DNA of 64,000 bases from an uncultured Planctomycetota bacterium (lineage in GTDB: Bacteria > Planctomycetota > Planctomycetia > Isosphaerales > Isosphaeraceae), in contig CAWJTV010000041.1 of NCBI GenBank assembly GCA_963845755.1, forward strand, positions 288,001 through 352,000, in the 5' to 3' direction. A program made the translations under genes and the position numbers. Below the pieces are notes generated by a model, which worked only from the letters and a program-made list of their open reading frames with translations, was not told where the DNA came from and made no database searches. The number at the start of each line of letters is the position of its first letter. The first letter of the stretch is position 1. Positions 45,150 through 56,966 of the stretch are shown in pieces.

Positions 45150-46234
45150 TCAGCCGATCCTGTGCGCCCGGGTCTCGTCGCCGAGCTGGCTGAGCCATTC
45201 GAGGTACGGCGTGCCGCCGGTGCCGCGGGGGTCGCGGACGTGGGCGGCGATGTAGCGACGGGCGAACTCGAGGTGTGTCTCGCGGAATGCGGCGAGGGCT
45301 TCGAGCGCCTCGTTGTACGGGGCCTTCTCGACCCGACCGCGGGGGTCCGGCAGCCGCTCGACCTGCTCGATCAGCTCGCGATGCGCACGCGGCATGAACC
45401 GCCGCATATCGGCCAGGTGGTCGGTGAGCATCGAGGGCTTGTGCGGGATCTTGAAGAACGCGACGGTGATCGGGATCACGCTGCTCTGGGCACCCGTCTC
45501 GCCGCGGAAGTTCAGCGGCGCCGAATCCACTCCTTCGTAGACAACGTTCTCGAAGAAGCGGATATAGGGCCGGAACGTCTTGTAGTACAACGCAGGGTCC
45601 ATCTTCTCGGGAATGCGGCGGAGCGTCTCGCATTGGGCCCAGAGCGCCCGGCGATGTCGGCCACGGCGGCGTTCAGGGCCGCCGGATCGTCCGACGCCAA
45701 CGCTCCCGCGGCCCGGTCGATCGCTGACAGCAGCGATGCGGCCAGCGCCTCGATCTCGACGTGGACCAGGATGAACCAGTGCTCGTCATAGAGATGAACG
45801 AAGTTCTGGATCGTGTCGATGTTCCCCAGCGCGACCGGCCCCGAGGCGTCGAACCGTCTCCAGTTGTAAAGGGCATAGCCGTCGTAGCTGAGGATCGGCG
45901 GGCGGTCGAGTCGCGTGCAGATCTCGCGGAGCGGAAGGGCGATGTTGCGCGGTAGGAGCGTCGCCGGCTCTTGACCCACCTGGTTGATATACGCCGACGC
46001 CAGGAACCCGAGCCGCACATAATACAACCGCAAGACCGGCAGTGGGATCTCCCTCGGTGGCAGGTCCGGGATGCGAATCCCGCGCGCCGAGGCGCGGAAC
46101 GACGCGTCCTGGAGTAGGCTGGGAAGGTCCCGGCCCAACCGATCCAGGATCGCCAGTTCCGAGCCCGGCGGGAACTCGACCAGGGGGTCTTCGTCGGGGA
46201 GGAAACCACGACGCGTGAAGGAAGGTTCGATCAT
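45150..46234 (-). CDS. Heme dioxygenase of the indoleamine 2,3-dioxygenase/PrnB family (frame break near 45642)
   Basis: RGFLPDEDPL, RPPILSY, EHWFILVHVEIE, RGETGAQSS, MPRAHR, FRETH, GTGGTPY. Confidence 0.85.
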
Positions 46235-46294
46235 TTTCGTAACGGGGGGAGAGGGAAAGCCGGTCTTTTCTTGCAACCCGCAACGGAAGGCCCA

Positions 46295-46909
46295 CTACTT
46301 CTTGTTCACGATGTCGAGGTAGGTATCGTTGAGGAAGATCCAGTTCGTAGGCGCGGCCGAGATCGGGCCGTTGATGCCGAACACGGCGATCTGGTAGACC
46401 TTGCCCGGCTGGGCGTCCTTGAGCTCGACGCGATTGGGCACGTTGAACCCGCCGACGATCGCCTCGCCCCCTTTGCCCACAGTTCGGGGCAGCTTGCCAT
46501 CGACCCAGACCTCGCCATAATCATCGACGGTCGTCCGGAAGAAGACGGCCTTGCCCGCTGCCTCGGGCGGGATCGTGATCTTGATCCGGTACCAGCAGAA
46601 GCAGACGCCGCCGGTCGAACGCCGATCCTTCAGGGTCTCCGGTGCGATCGACTCCCACTTGCTGTCGTCGTAATCGGGCCGGGACGCCTGGTCGCCCCGC
46701 GGATCGATGCCATAGGTCTTGTTCGGCTTGCCGTCGGGCGCGTTCCCTTCGACCTCGACGATCTTGACGTCGTGATACTTCCACTGTCCCTTGACCGCGG
46801 CCACGCCCTCCTTGGTGCTCAGGTCGATCTTCTTGGCCTGGGCCATTGCGGTTTGCGAACCGAAGGCCACAGCGGCGACCAGGGCCGCGACAGTCCATAT
46901 CGTCCGCAT
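46295..46909 (-). CDS. Secreted jelly-roll/galactose-binding-like domain protein
   Basis: Signal peptide, PDYDDSKWE, WYRIKITIP, VDDYGEVWVDG. Confidence 0.65.
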   Translation of the reverse strand: MRTIWTVAALVAAVAFGSQTAMAQAKKIDLSTKEGVAAVKGQWKYHDVKIVEVEGNAPDGKPNKTYGIDPRGDQASRPDYDDSKWESIAPETLKDRRSTGGVCFCWYRIKITIPPEAAGKAVFFRTTVDDYGEVWVDGKLPRTVGKGGEAIVGGFNVPNRVELKDAQPGKVYQIAVFGINGPISAAPTNWIFLNDTYLDIVNKK

Positions 46910-47087
46910 CAGGAAAGTCTCCCTTAATCAGTAAGCAGTAGATCGTAGACAGCAAAGACCGGTAAAGACGCCCGAGCGATGACCAGGTTCCGCGAATACA
47001 CCCGCACGCGGGAGAACTTCGGTGGTTCTTCGGTCTGCCTACTACCTACTACCTACCACCTGCTGTCTTTCTGGAATGTTCCGCCGA

Positions 47088-48305
47088 TCAGCGTGCCGCG
47101 CGGGCAGCACTGGGGGGTGCGGCGGGGGGGATCGAGAGTGCCGCCGAGGACGGATCCGGCTGATTCTTGAGCAGCTCGCTAAGCTGGAAGGCGTGATAAG
47201 GTTGCTCGGAGGCCGGCCTGGCGTCCCTGGAGGCGTTGGCGACCCAGAGGCGGGTTGTCGAGGTCTCGAACAGGACGCTGTGGAGGTTCGACTTCATGGC
47301 CACGGGGCGGTCCATCAGGTGTCGCGCCGACTCGGCATCGAACGTCCCGAGCCCCTCCTGCACGCGACGGACCAGCTCCTTGTAGCGATCGCCGGCCGAG
47401 AGCACGACCCCGTCCTTGATGGCGACGGGCAGCTTCGCATGCGTCTGGCCCATCGCCACGGTGCCGAAGGCCTCCCAGGATGCTTCCACGCCCACGGCCT
47501 TGCCCGACTTGCCGTCGGCGATCACGTAGTAGTATTCGCAGGTCCGCGGCTGGTCGCGGAAGGTGGCGATCGCCTGGTCGAGGGTGTCGGCCTCTTCCAG
47601 CACCATGCGGACCAGGAGCGCCATGGGAACACCGTCCCAGTGACCCATGCCCCTGCCCCCCATCTCGCCGATCGAGACCCGCTCGGCGTTCATCCCGGTG
47701 ACCGACCCGACAAATCCGGCATAGGTGACATTCACGAACGGGATCTTGCCCCGGGGCTCGGCGATGGTGAGGACGGCGTGCTCCTGGAGCCGCCAGTCAC
47801 AGCCATAATCGAGGATCCGGCCGTGGTATAGGGTCCCGTCCTTGGTCGCCGATCCGCTCAGGGCGAACCCGGAGCAGTGGAACAGCTCGGGGATGAAGTT
47901 GGCGACGACGATGTCCTGGACATCCATCCCCGCACCGTCGGCGATCCCGCGCATCTCCTCGAAGAACCGTTCGGGGACGTACTTCCGCTGCCGGGACGCA
48001 ATCCCCTTGATGACCTGCTTCGGATCCAGCAGCTTGATGCCTCCGAGCTCGACCTTCATCTCCTTGGCCTTGACGTCGAACAGGAAATGGACGAGCTCGC
48101 GGATGTCATCGCGGAGCAGGGCCCCTTGCTGGTAGCCCATCTGGTAGGGCTCGCCCTTGACGTGGAGGACCCGGTAGCCGTCCACCTCTTCCAGGAAGCC
48201 CGCTCCGCAACGAGCGATCGTCTTGGTTTCGCCCCGCGCGGCCAGTCCCGTCCCCAGCAGCACAACCAGGAGGCCAACCGCAATCCGTAAAGACATTCGT
48301 TTCAT
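47088..48305 (-). CDS. C45 family autoproteolytic acyltransferase/Ntn hydrolase
   Basis: GEPYQMGYQQG, EEMRGIADG, nucleophile H/CSGFA, HGRILDY, TGMN. Confidence 0.85.
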   Translation of the reverse strand: MKRMSLRIAVGLLVVLLGTGLAARGETKTIARCGAGFLEEVDGYRVLHVKGEPYQMGYQQGALLRDDIRELVHFLFDVKAKEMKVELGGIKLLDPKQVIKGIASRQRKYVPERFFEEMRGIADGAGMDVQDIVVANFIPELFHCSGFALSGSATKDGTLYHGRILDYGCDWRLQEHAVLTIAEPRGKIPFVNVTYAGFVGSVTGMNAERVSIGEMGGRGMGHWDGVPMALLVRMVLEEADTLDQAIATFRDQPRTCEYYYVIADGKSGKAVGVEASWEAFGTVAMGQTHAKLPVAIKDGVVLSAGDRYKELVRRVQEGLGTFDAESARHLMDRPVAMKSNLHSVLFETSTTRLWVANASRDARPASEQPYHAFQLSELLKNQPDPSSAALSIPPAAPPSAARAAR

Positions 48306-48588
48306 CGGCCGATGTCCTTCGCCAAACTCACTTCCGGAACGGAACGCACGGCGTGACGCGCTATGACTTTATACCAATTACCCGCGACTTCCAACAGACA
48401 TCGCGTATTTCCAGCCCTGAGAAATCCGCCCCTCGGGCGGTAGGCCGGCACGCGGAAGCCGCGTGGATGGCGACCGAGGGCCGGCAAAGGCCGTAAGGGG
48501 ACGGGCTCGAAGGCGGCTTCGAGTGCGACCGCTATCAGACCCTGAAGAACCCGGCTGAACCTGGAACACGCCCACCCGCCACCGGCGG

Positions 48589-49960
48589 CTAACTGCTGTC
48601 CAGTCGGATCTGGATCGGCCCGGCTCCGGCCGGCTCGAAGACCTCGTCCGGCCAGTGTCGAAACCGCAGGCTCTCCAACAATCGTTGCGCCATGTTCTTC
48701 AACGAGCCGAACAGCTCCACGGCCGTTCGCTTCCCCTGCTCTTGGGCCAGGTGCCGCAACAGGCTCCCCTTCTCCACCAGTTGCAACAGCAGATGGGCGA
48801 TCTGCAACAGGAAATAGTAGGCCGGCCAGCATCTGTGGCTGTAGGCATGTTCCAGGTTCAGGCCACTGTTCTTCTGGGTGTTAAATCCCTCGTTCTCCTC
48901 GCGCCAGCGTGCCCTCCCTCCGTTGGTCGCTACTTCCACCACAGTCTCGTGGCTCAAATCCAGAGAGGTCACCCACGACCATTCCGTCTGCTTTCCCTCC
49001 TTGCCCGTCTCGGTGCACTCCAGAGCGTTGATGGTCCAGTCCCGACCATCACTGTCCCTGTAGTGCAGGCCGTTGATCCAGCGATAGACCTGCCGGACCC
49101 CTTGCGGCGTCATCCGTTCCACGCGCGCTGGTCGGGACACAACCGCAGCAACCCCTGGAAATCCTCCCAGAGGGCGGGAAGTCGTCCAGGCTGAAACGTG
49201 TAAATGTAGTCGCATCGATAATCTTTGGCGACCTGGAATCCTTCTCCGCAGGCATACAGGCCGTCACCGCCGAGGCAAATCCGCAACTGCGGGAACTCGA
49301 TCCGCAACTTCTCCACCAGGCGTCGCAAGGCCTTCAACTCGCAATCCTGCTTGATCCGTTCCGCGCTGGCACCCGCTGGGGCACTGGCGACGTCGTGGTT
49401 GTCGATGAACTCACTGGCGATCGAGATGACCGTGCCGGCCGGCCCCAGCACCTTGGCCTCCAGCACCTGGTGCATATATAGCGTCGTCTCACCGTGCCGC
49501 TGGGTCAGGCAATCGTCGCAATGCCGGGAGTGAAACACCAGATAGCCCGAGCCGTCAATCAAGACGACGAACCGCCCCTGCAGCCGCGCCGCGTCCAGAG
49601 CCTTCATGCGGATCAACCGCTGGACCATCCGCTGCCGCAACCCGGCGATGGGGTCGGGGCCGATTTTCCCCAGGAAGTACTCCAAGGTCTGGTTCACCGG
49701 CCGGCTTCTTGCCGTACCCGCCAGACGATTGAGATTGGGCAGGACCTCCGGGCCGTCGGTGTTCAACTGGTAGTCCAGTTGGCGCCGGCTGCTCAACTTG
49801 CACAGGAACAAACTCAGCCCCCACCACAGCAGGAACCGCTTGTGGTAGATCACCAAGGGGGCAAACCGCGGGTCATCGATCGCATCGATCCAGGTGTTGA
49901 GATCGGGGAAGAAGTGACCCAGGGTTCGCACCAGGATAGGTCCGATGTTCAGCGTCGTCC
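48589..49960 (-). CDS. DDE transposase (DDE_Tnp_1-like), frame break near 49120; start uncertain
   Basis: IDDPR, VLIDGSG, KQDCELKA, GDGLYA, GRARWREENEGFNTQK. Confidence 0.85.
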
Positions 49961-50305
49961 CCGCCGCCGCTTTCGGTGCGAGACGTGGCCCTGGATCAAG
50001 GCCAGGGTCAACTGGCTGATTTCGTGGATCAGGCCTTTGAGACGTTGGTGTTCTTGCACCCATTCTTGGACCTCCGTGAGCAGGTCCTGGGGCACATACA
50101 CCGTGCGAGTCTTACCCCCCTCCGAGAAGGTGAGGTGGTGGGCGGAGTGCAACGGGCCACCGTGGTGGCAGGCGCAGGAGGGCTGGCCGCAACGTTTCTG
50201 CACCTGGGCCAGGCTGGCCGCCAGGAGCGGCCCAGCCGGAGCCAGTTGCTTGAGGCGGCGGTCGAGCATCCGACGGACCAGCGTGGGGTGGCTCGGCACA
50301 TGCAT
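49949..50305 (-). CDS. DUF6788-like Cys/His protein upstream of the transposase
   Basis: KRCGQPSCACHHGGPLH...GKTRTVYVP. Confidence 0.75.
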   Translation of the reverse strand: MHVPSHPTLVRRMLDRRLKQLAPAGPLLAASLAQVQKRCGQPSCACHHGGPLHSAHHLTFSEGGKTRTVYVPQDLLTEVQEWVQEHQRLKGLIHEISQLTLALIQGHVSHRKRRRGRR

Positions 50306-50893
50306 CGATGGGCCCCTGGAACTTCCGGTAAGTGGACCTTATACCGGGAAAGGCCCGAAAAGTCATGAGGTGCGAAGAAAAAAATTGAGGGCCTAGGATG
50401 GTCGGGCGACTTCAACAGAGGTTCTACTCGGGACTTACGCTGCCGTCAAGGTGCGACAAATTCCCCAATTCCTCAGAGTGGCGTATTTCGGGGACGTCTT
50501 CGCCAAGCGCCGCTCTGCCCTCGGACGGGAACAGGCGTCGGGCTCGGATCGTGGCACAATGTGGCACTCGTAGTTAACATTTTGGCGGGTCGCCATCTCC
50601 GATCTCTCGGACCATGAGGGAGTTAGCGACGCGTCCACAAACGGGTTGGGCCGGTCCCGGCGCGTCCGGTGTTCGAAAGGCGGAGCGATCGAGTTATTCA
50701 TCTTCATCTTTCCCTGAGAAGCCGCTGGAGGCTCTCCGGAGCGTTGCGCACGATCCCCATAATATCAGGATGCCTCAACTTGGAAAAAACGTTAATGCAC
50801 CTAGCGTCGATTATCGGACGCTGGCTTCCCGAACTATTGACTGGGTCAGTAGATGCGAAAATCAAAAAAATTTTTTCCGCGGGGGATTAGGGT

Positions 50894-51125
50894 CAATACC
50901 GTTGAATTCGTGATAAACCGAAGGCAGAAAAGGGCCTGGTTCTCGTTCCCACGCTCCCGCGTGGGAATGCCGTCCTCGACGCTCCGCGTCGGCTGCGTCA
51001 CGCCGCAGTGGAGACACCGCGGGGACGCGGAGCGTCCCAGAAGGGTGTTCCCACGCGGGAGCGTGGGAACAAGTCGTTCGCAAGTCCTGTCCTTACTTCT
51101 GGTTAGCGCTAATTCAACGGTATTG
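50894..51125. mobile_element. 232-bp MITE with perfect 15-bp terminal inverted repeats, a 10-bp target-site duplication and a REP-like cargo (50942..51073)
   Basis: caataccgttgaatt (50894..50908) / aattcaacggtattg (51111..51125); ggattagggt on both flanks (50884..50893 and 51126..51135); inside ctcgttcccacgctcccgcgtgggaa ... ttcccacgcgggagcgtgggaacaag. Confidence 0.85.
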
Positions 51126-51310
51126 GGATTAGGGTCGTGATCGGACACGATCCAGATCGATGGACGTTCTGTATCGGATTGACGCCACGGCCGGTCGCAC
51201 CGGGGAAGAGCGTGGGGGTTCGAGCGGATTTCATAAACCCTGAAATCCGCAGTTGTTGTGCGTACCCAAGCGTACCCAGGCTCGCCGGAGGAAAGGCTCC
51301 CCGTACAGGG

Positions 51311-52878
51311 TTACTCCCACTCGATCGTGCCCGGCGGCTTGCTCGTGATGTCGTAAACGACGCGGTTGACGCCCTTGACGGAATTGGTGATCCGGGTGGA
51401 GACGCGGGCGAGCAGGTCGTGGGGGAGGCGGGACCAGTCGGCGGTCATGAAGTCTTCGGTCTCGACGGCGCGGATGGCGATGACGTTTTCATAAGTCCGC
51501 GCGTCGCCCATGACGCCGACGGCCTGCACCGGCAGCAGCACGGCGAACGCCTGGGCGACCCGCCGCTCGAGGCCCGCGCCCTTCAACTCGTCGAGGAAGA
51601 TGGCATCGGCCTGCCGGAGGACGTCCAGGCGCGGGGCAGTCACCTCGCCCAGGCAGCGGACGGCCAACCCCGGGCCGGGGAACGGATGGCGCCAGACCAG
51701 GGAATCGGGGAGCCCCAGCTCGATCCCTAGCCGGCGGACCTCGTCCTTGAAGAGGTCGCGCAAGGGCTCGATCAGCTCAAAGCCGAGTTCCGCGGGGAGT
51801 CCGCCGACGTTGTGGTGGATCTTGATCGTGGCCGTGGGACCGTCGGGCTCGCCGCCGCTCTCGATGACGTCGGCATAGAGCGTGCCCTGGGCCAGGAACC
51901 GCGCCGGGGATCGATCGGGCTGCGTCGCGGAAGACGTCGATGAACGTGTGGCCGATCCGCCGGCGCTTCTCCTGCGGGTCGGTCACGCCTTCGAGAGCTT
52001 TCAGGAACGGTTCGGCCGCGTCGATTACCCGCAGCTCGGCGTTTGAGTGTGCGCCGAAGGCTTCGGCGACGGCGGAGCGTTCTCCGCTCCGCAAGAGGCC
52101 CGTGTTGACGAACACACAGACGATCCGAGGGCCCAGGGCCCTGGCCAGGAGTGCTGCGCAGACCGCCGAATCGACGCCACCGGACAGGCCGCAGACCACC
52201 CGCTCGGACGGCCCGACCCGGCGCGTCAGCTCGGTCAAGGCACGCTCGATGAACGCGCCCAGCGTCCAGGATCGGGGGTTGCCGCAAATCCGGTCGAGGA
52301 AGTTGCCCAGGATCAGCGAGCCATAAGGCGTGTGCGAGACCTCGGCGTGGAACTGGAGACCGTAGATCGGCCGATCGCGGTGACGGATCGCGGCGATCGG
52401 GCAGGAGGGGGTCGCGGCGAGGCCGAGGAAGTCGCCGCCCGCGTCCTGAATCTGGTCGCCGTGGCTCATCCAGACGATCGTCTCATGCGGGACGTCGTGG
52501 AACAGGGGCTCCTTCAAGTCGAGCACCCGGCACTCGGTGCGACCGAATTCGCCTCGGGCCGGATTGGCCTGGACCTGGCTCCCCATCGCCTCGCAGATCA
52601 GTTGCATGCCATAGCAGATGCCCAAAATGGGGATGTCTAGCTCGAAGATCGCCGGGTCGCAATGGGGCGCGCCCGGCTCGTACACGCTGGCCGGTCCTCC
52701 GGAGAGGATCACCGCCAGCGGGTTGAGCCGCACGGACGCGTTCCGCCGCGATGTCGTGGCGGACGATCCGCGCGAACGCGTGTCGCTCGCGGACCCGCCG
52801 CGCGATGAGCTGGACGTACTGCGCACCGAAGTCGAGGACGAGTACCGGTCGCGAGGCAATATCGGAATCCCGATCCAT
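51311..52878 (-). CDS. guaA: GMP synthase (frame breaks near 52735 and 51900)
   Basis: [70 protein letters not shown]. Confidence 0.96.
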
Positions 52879-53362
52879 GGATCTGTCGCCTTATCGACGA
52901 GAAACGAGGCGATTGATTTCGCCTCCGGATTCCTCCGTCAAGCCAGGAGACGAGTTTACCAGATGCGGCCGGTCCCGCCAATTCGCGGAATGGCATGGGT
53001 TCGAGTCGATCGCCGATGGGCCTCGCCCGCGATTGTCGGTCCTCTCGTAGCAGGTGGACATAAAACGTCGCGAAGAGCCCGTTCCGAACGCCCCGGAGTG
53101 ACGCCCGGGCGTAGCTGAGGGCGACGGCTCTCGACCGCTTGACGCTGCGTCCGGTTCGAAGCTGGGCCCTCAGGCGTGCGCCGGCGATGCCCACCAACGC
53201 CGCTGGCACCGCATCCTCGGTCCGGTCCGCCCTCGTCTGCGAAGCGCGGCCGCACCGATCGGCTGCTCCTCCCTCGTCCCCCGAAATTCTTCTCGCCCGA
53301 TTGAGACTCCTCGCGGGCGGATTACGCTATGTAGGGAAACACTCTCTCTTGGAGGTCCTCAC

Positions 53363-56300
53363 ATGGCGATCGATCCCGAGCGAGTCAAAGCCCTGTTCCT
53401 CGCGGCCATCGAGCGGGGCGACCCCAGCGAACGCCGGGCGTTCCTCGACGGCGAGGTCGGCGACGACGCCGAGCTGCGCGACCGGCTCAATGCCCTGCTC
53501 GCCGCCTATGACCAACCACCCGGCGCCCTCGATCGGCCCCTCGCCGCCGATCCCGAGGCCACCGATGGGCCCGACGCCCCCCGACCCGTCTCCTCGCCGG
53601 CTCCGGCAGCGACTCCGGACGACAGCCTCACTGTGAGTTGTCCGAACGACGAAGGCCCGAACCTCATCGATGCGATCATCGCCGATCGCTACAAGATCCG
53701 CCAGGAGATCGGTGAGGGCGGCATGGGCACGGTCTACTTCGCCGAGCAGCTCCGACCGGTCCGCCGCCAGGTGGCTCTGAAGCTGATCAAGCGGGGGATG
53801 GACTCGCGGAATGTCCTGGCCCGCTTCGAGTCGGAGCGGCAGGCCCTGGCCCTGATGGAGCACCCCAATATCGCCCGCGTCCTCGACGCCGGCACGACCG
53901 CCGACGGCCGCCCGTTCTTCGTCATGGAGCTGGTCAAGGGGGTCCCCATCACCGAGTATTGCGACGCCCACCGCCTCGACCTCAACGCCCGGCTCGCCCT
54001 GTTCCGCCAGGTCTGCTCGGCGGTGCAGCACGCCCACCAGAAGGGGATCATCCATCGCGACCTCAAGCCCTCCAACATCCTGGTCGAGTCCCACGACGAT
54101 AAGCCGGTGCCCAAGGTGATCGACTTCGGACTGGCCAAGGCCACCAGCGGGATGCGACTCACCGAGCAGAGCCTGTTCACGGCCTTCGGCAGCGTCGCCG
54201 GCACGCCGCTGTACATGGCGCCGGAGCAGGCCCGCTTCAACGCGCGTAGACATCGACACCCGGGCGGATATCTACGCCCTGGGCGTGATCCTGTATGAAC
54301 TGCTGACCGGCACGACGCCGATCGCCCGCGAGTCGATCCGCCAGGCGGCGCTGGACGAGATGCTGCGGTTGATCCGCGAGGTCGAGCCGCCGACGCCATC
54401 GAGCCGGATCAGCACGTCGGACGCGCTGCCGACCCTGGCCGCCAACCGGCACGTGGAGCCGGCGCGGCTGTCGCGGCTGGTCCGGGGCGACCTGGACTGG
54501 ATCGTGATGAAGGCCCTGGCCAAGGAGCGGGAGCGGCGGTACGCCTCGGCCGTCGGCCTGGCCGATGACCTCGAGCGGTTCCTCAGCCACGAGCCGGTCT
54601 CGGCCGGCCCGCCGACGGCGGCCTACCGGCTGAGGAAGTTCGTCCGTCGCAACCGAGTCCAGGTGATGGCGGCGGGCCTGGTGCTGCTGGCGCTGGTGCT
54701 CGGCGTGGTCGGAACGACCCTGGGCCTGATCGAGGCCCGGCGGCAGGAGCGGATTGCCGACGAGCAGCGTGGTCGTGCAGAGAAGCGGCTGGTGCAAATG
54801 ACCAAGATGAACGACATCCTCGGCTGGATCTTCCAGGACCTCGACCCGGAGAACGCCGCGAAGGCCGGCAAGCCGCTGTCGGCGGTCCTGGGCGAGCGGC
54901 TGGATCGGGCGACGGCCGAGATCGAGGGGGAGGCCACCGGCGACCCGGTGACAGTGGCCCATATGCAGATGACCCTGGGCTCGTCCCAACTCGGCCTGGG
55001 CTACCCGGATCGGGCGATCGTGCTGCTCACCAAGGCCCGCGCCACCTTCGCCGCCGCGCTCGGCCCCGACCACCCCCAGACGCTCATCTGCATGAACAAC
55101 CTCGCCACCAGCTCTGCTGCTGCCGGCCAGAACGACCGGGCGCTGAATCTCTTCGAGGAGATCCTGGCGGTAAGGAAGGCGAAGGTCGGGCCCGACCACC
55201 CCGACACGCTAATCAGCATGAACAATCTCGCCGAGAGCTATTGGCAAGCCGGCCAGAACGATCGAGCGCTGAAGCTCCTCGAGGAGACACTGGCACTGAT
55301 GAGGGCTAAGCTCGGGCCCGACCACCCCCACACGCTCAGCAGTATGAATAACCTTGCCCAGAGCTATGCCCGCGGCGGCCAGAACGACCGGGCGCTGAAG
55401 CTCCACGAGGAGACCCTGGCGCTGATGAGGGCTAAGCTCGGGCCCGACCACCCCGACACGCTAATCAGCATGAACAACCTCGCCGTCAGCTATGCCGAGG
55501 CCGGCCAGAACGACCGGGCGCTGAAGCTCCTCGAGGAGGTCCTGGCGCTACGGAAAGCGAAAGTCGGGCTCGACCACCCCGACACGCTCATCAGCATGAA
55601 CAATCTCGCCGGCAGCTATGCCCGCGCCGGCCAGAACGACCGAGCGCTGAAGCTCCACGAGGAGACTCTGGCGCTGATGAGGGCGAAGCTCGGGCCCGAC
55701 CACCCCCACACACTCCAGAGCATGAACAACCTCGCCGACAGCTATGTCCGCGCCGGCCAGACCGACCGGGCGCTGAAACTCAGCCAGGAGACGCTGGCGT
55801 TGAAAAAGGCGAAGCTCGGGCCCGACCACCCCGACACGCTCCTGGCTATGATCGGCCTCACCAACAGCTATGCCGCCGTCGGCCAGACCGACCGGGCGCT
55901 GAAGCTCAGCCAGGAGACCGTGGCACTGAGCAAGACTAAGCTCGGGCCCGACCATCCCCAGACGCTCTGGAGCATGGGCAACCTCGCCGAGAGCTATGCC
56001 CGCGCCGGCCAGACCGACCGGGCACTGAAGCTCGGCCAGGAGACCGTGTCGCTGAGCAAGACGAAGCTCGGCCCCGACCACCCCCAGACGCTCTGGAGCA
56101 TGAGCCACCTCGCCGAGAGCTATGCCCGCGCCGGCCAGACCGACCGAGCGCTGAAGCTCTTCGAGGAGACCGCGGCGCTGAGTAAGGTGAAGCTCGGGCC
56201 CGACCACCCTGCTACGGTCACATCCCTCGAACGCCAGGCCAAATGCCTGGCGAATTCCGGTCAGATCGACCGCGCCGTTGCGATCCTTGACGAGGTCATC

Positions 56301-56966
56301 GCGTCGCGTCGCAAGGCCCAGGGCGAGGGCCATCCCGACACGCTTCGATCCCGGATGAACCGCGCCGACCTTGACCTGGCTCGCGGCCTGCTCGACGCTG
56401 CCGCGGCGGCCGATCGGTCGATCCTGGACGAGTGCCGCACTCGGCTTGGCGCCGACGACCGGGTCACGATCGCCGCCGGGCTCGCCCTGGCCCGGGTGCG
56501 GGCGGCGCGGGGCGACAGCGACTCGGCGGCACCGCTGTATCGAGCCGCCCTCGAATCCGCCCGCAAGAACCCGACCGACCGCGATACGCTCGCCGCGGCC
56601 CTGATGGAGTCGAGCCGGTCGCAGCTCGCCGCCGGGGACTGGACCTCGGCCGAGGCGCGGCTCCGCGAGGCACTGGCGATCCGCGAAGTCGAAAGGCCCC
56701 AGCACTGGGTGACTGCCGAGGCGCGCTCGCTCCTGGGCGGGGCCGTTATGGGCGAGAAGAAGACCACCGAGGCCGCGCCGCTGCTCCGCTCGGGCTATGA
56801 GGGGATGGCCCGGTCCGCCCCCGCAATCCCGCTGGTCAACCGGCCCCGGCTGGCCGAGGCGCTCGACCGCCTGATCGCGGCAGGGGACGCGGCGGGCACG
56901 AAGGCCGAACTCGCGGCATGGAAGGCCGAGCTGGCGAAGCTCGGTGCCGGGGGACCAAAGCCATGA
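53363..56966 (+). CDS. Membrane Ser/Thr protein kinase with C-terminal 42-aa TPR repeats (frame break near 54245)
   Basis: IGEGGMGTVY, VALKLIK, HRDLKPSN, IDFGLAK, GTPLYMAPEQ; TM segment; LGPDHPDTL repeats. Confidence 0.93.
55059..56220 (+). repeat. 126-bp coding tandem repeats (nine full units plus the start of a tenth)
   Basis: ctcgggcccgaccacccc-type anchors every 126 bp from 55059 to 56193. Confidence 0.9.

Larger units (their letters stand above)
48536..50437 (-). mobile_element. Insertion sequence with a DUF6788-like ORF and a DDE transposase (boundaries approximate)
   Basis: Two overlapping ORFs; weak end similarity cagaccctgaagaacc vs reverse complement aagtcccgagtagaacc. Confidence 0.7.

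Noticed and set aside
52880..53280. Purine riboswitch upstream of guaA
   Set aside because: No recognisable aptamer consensus; only GC-rich hairpins and a short match to 19643..19668
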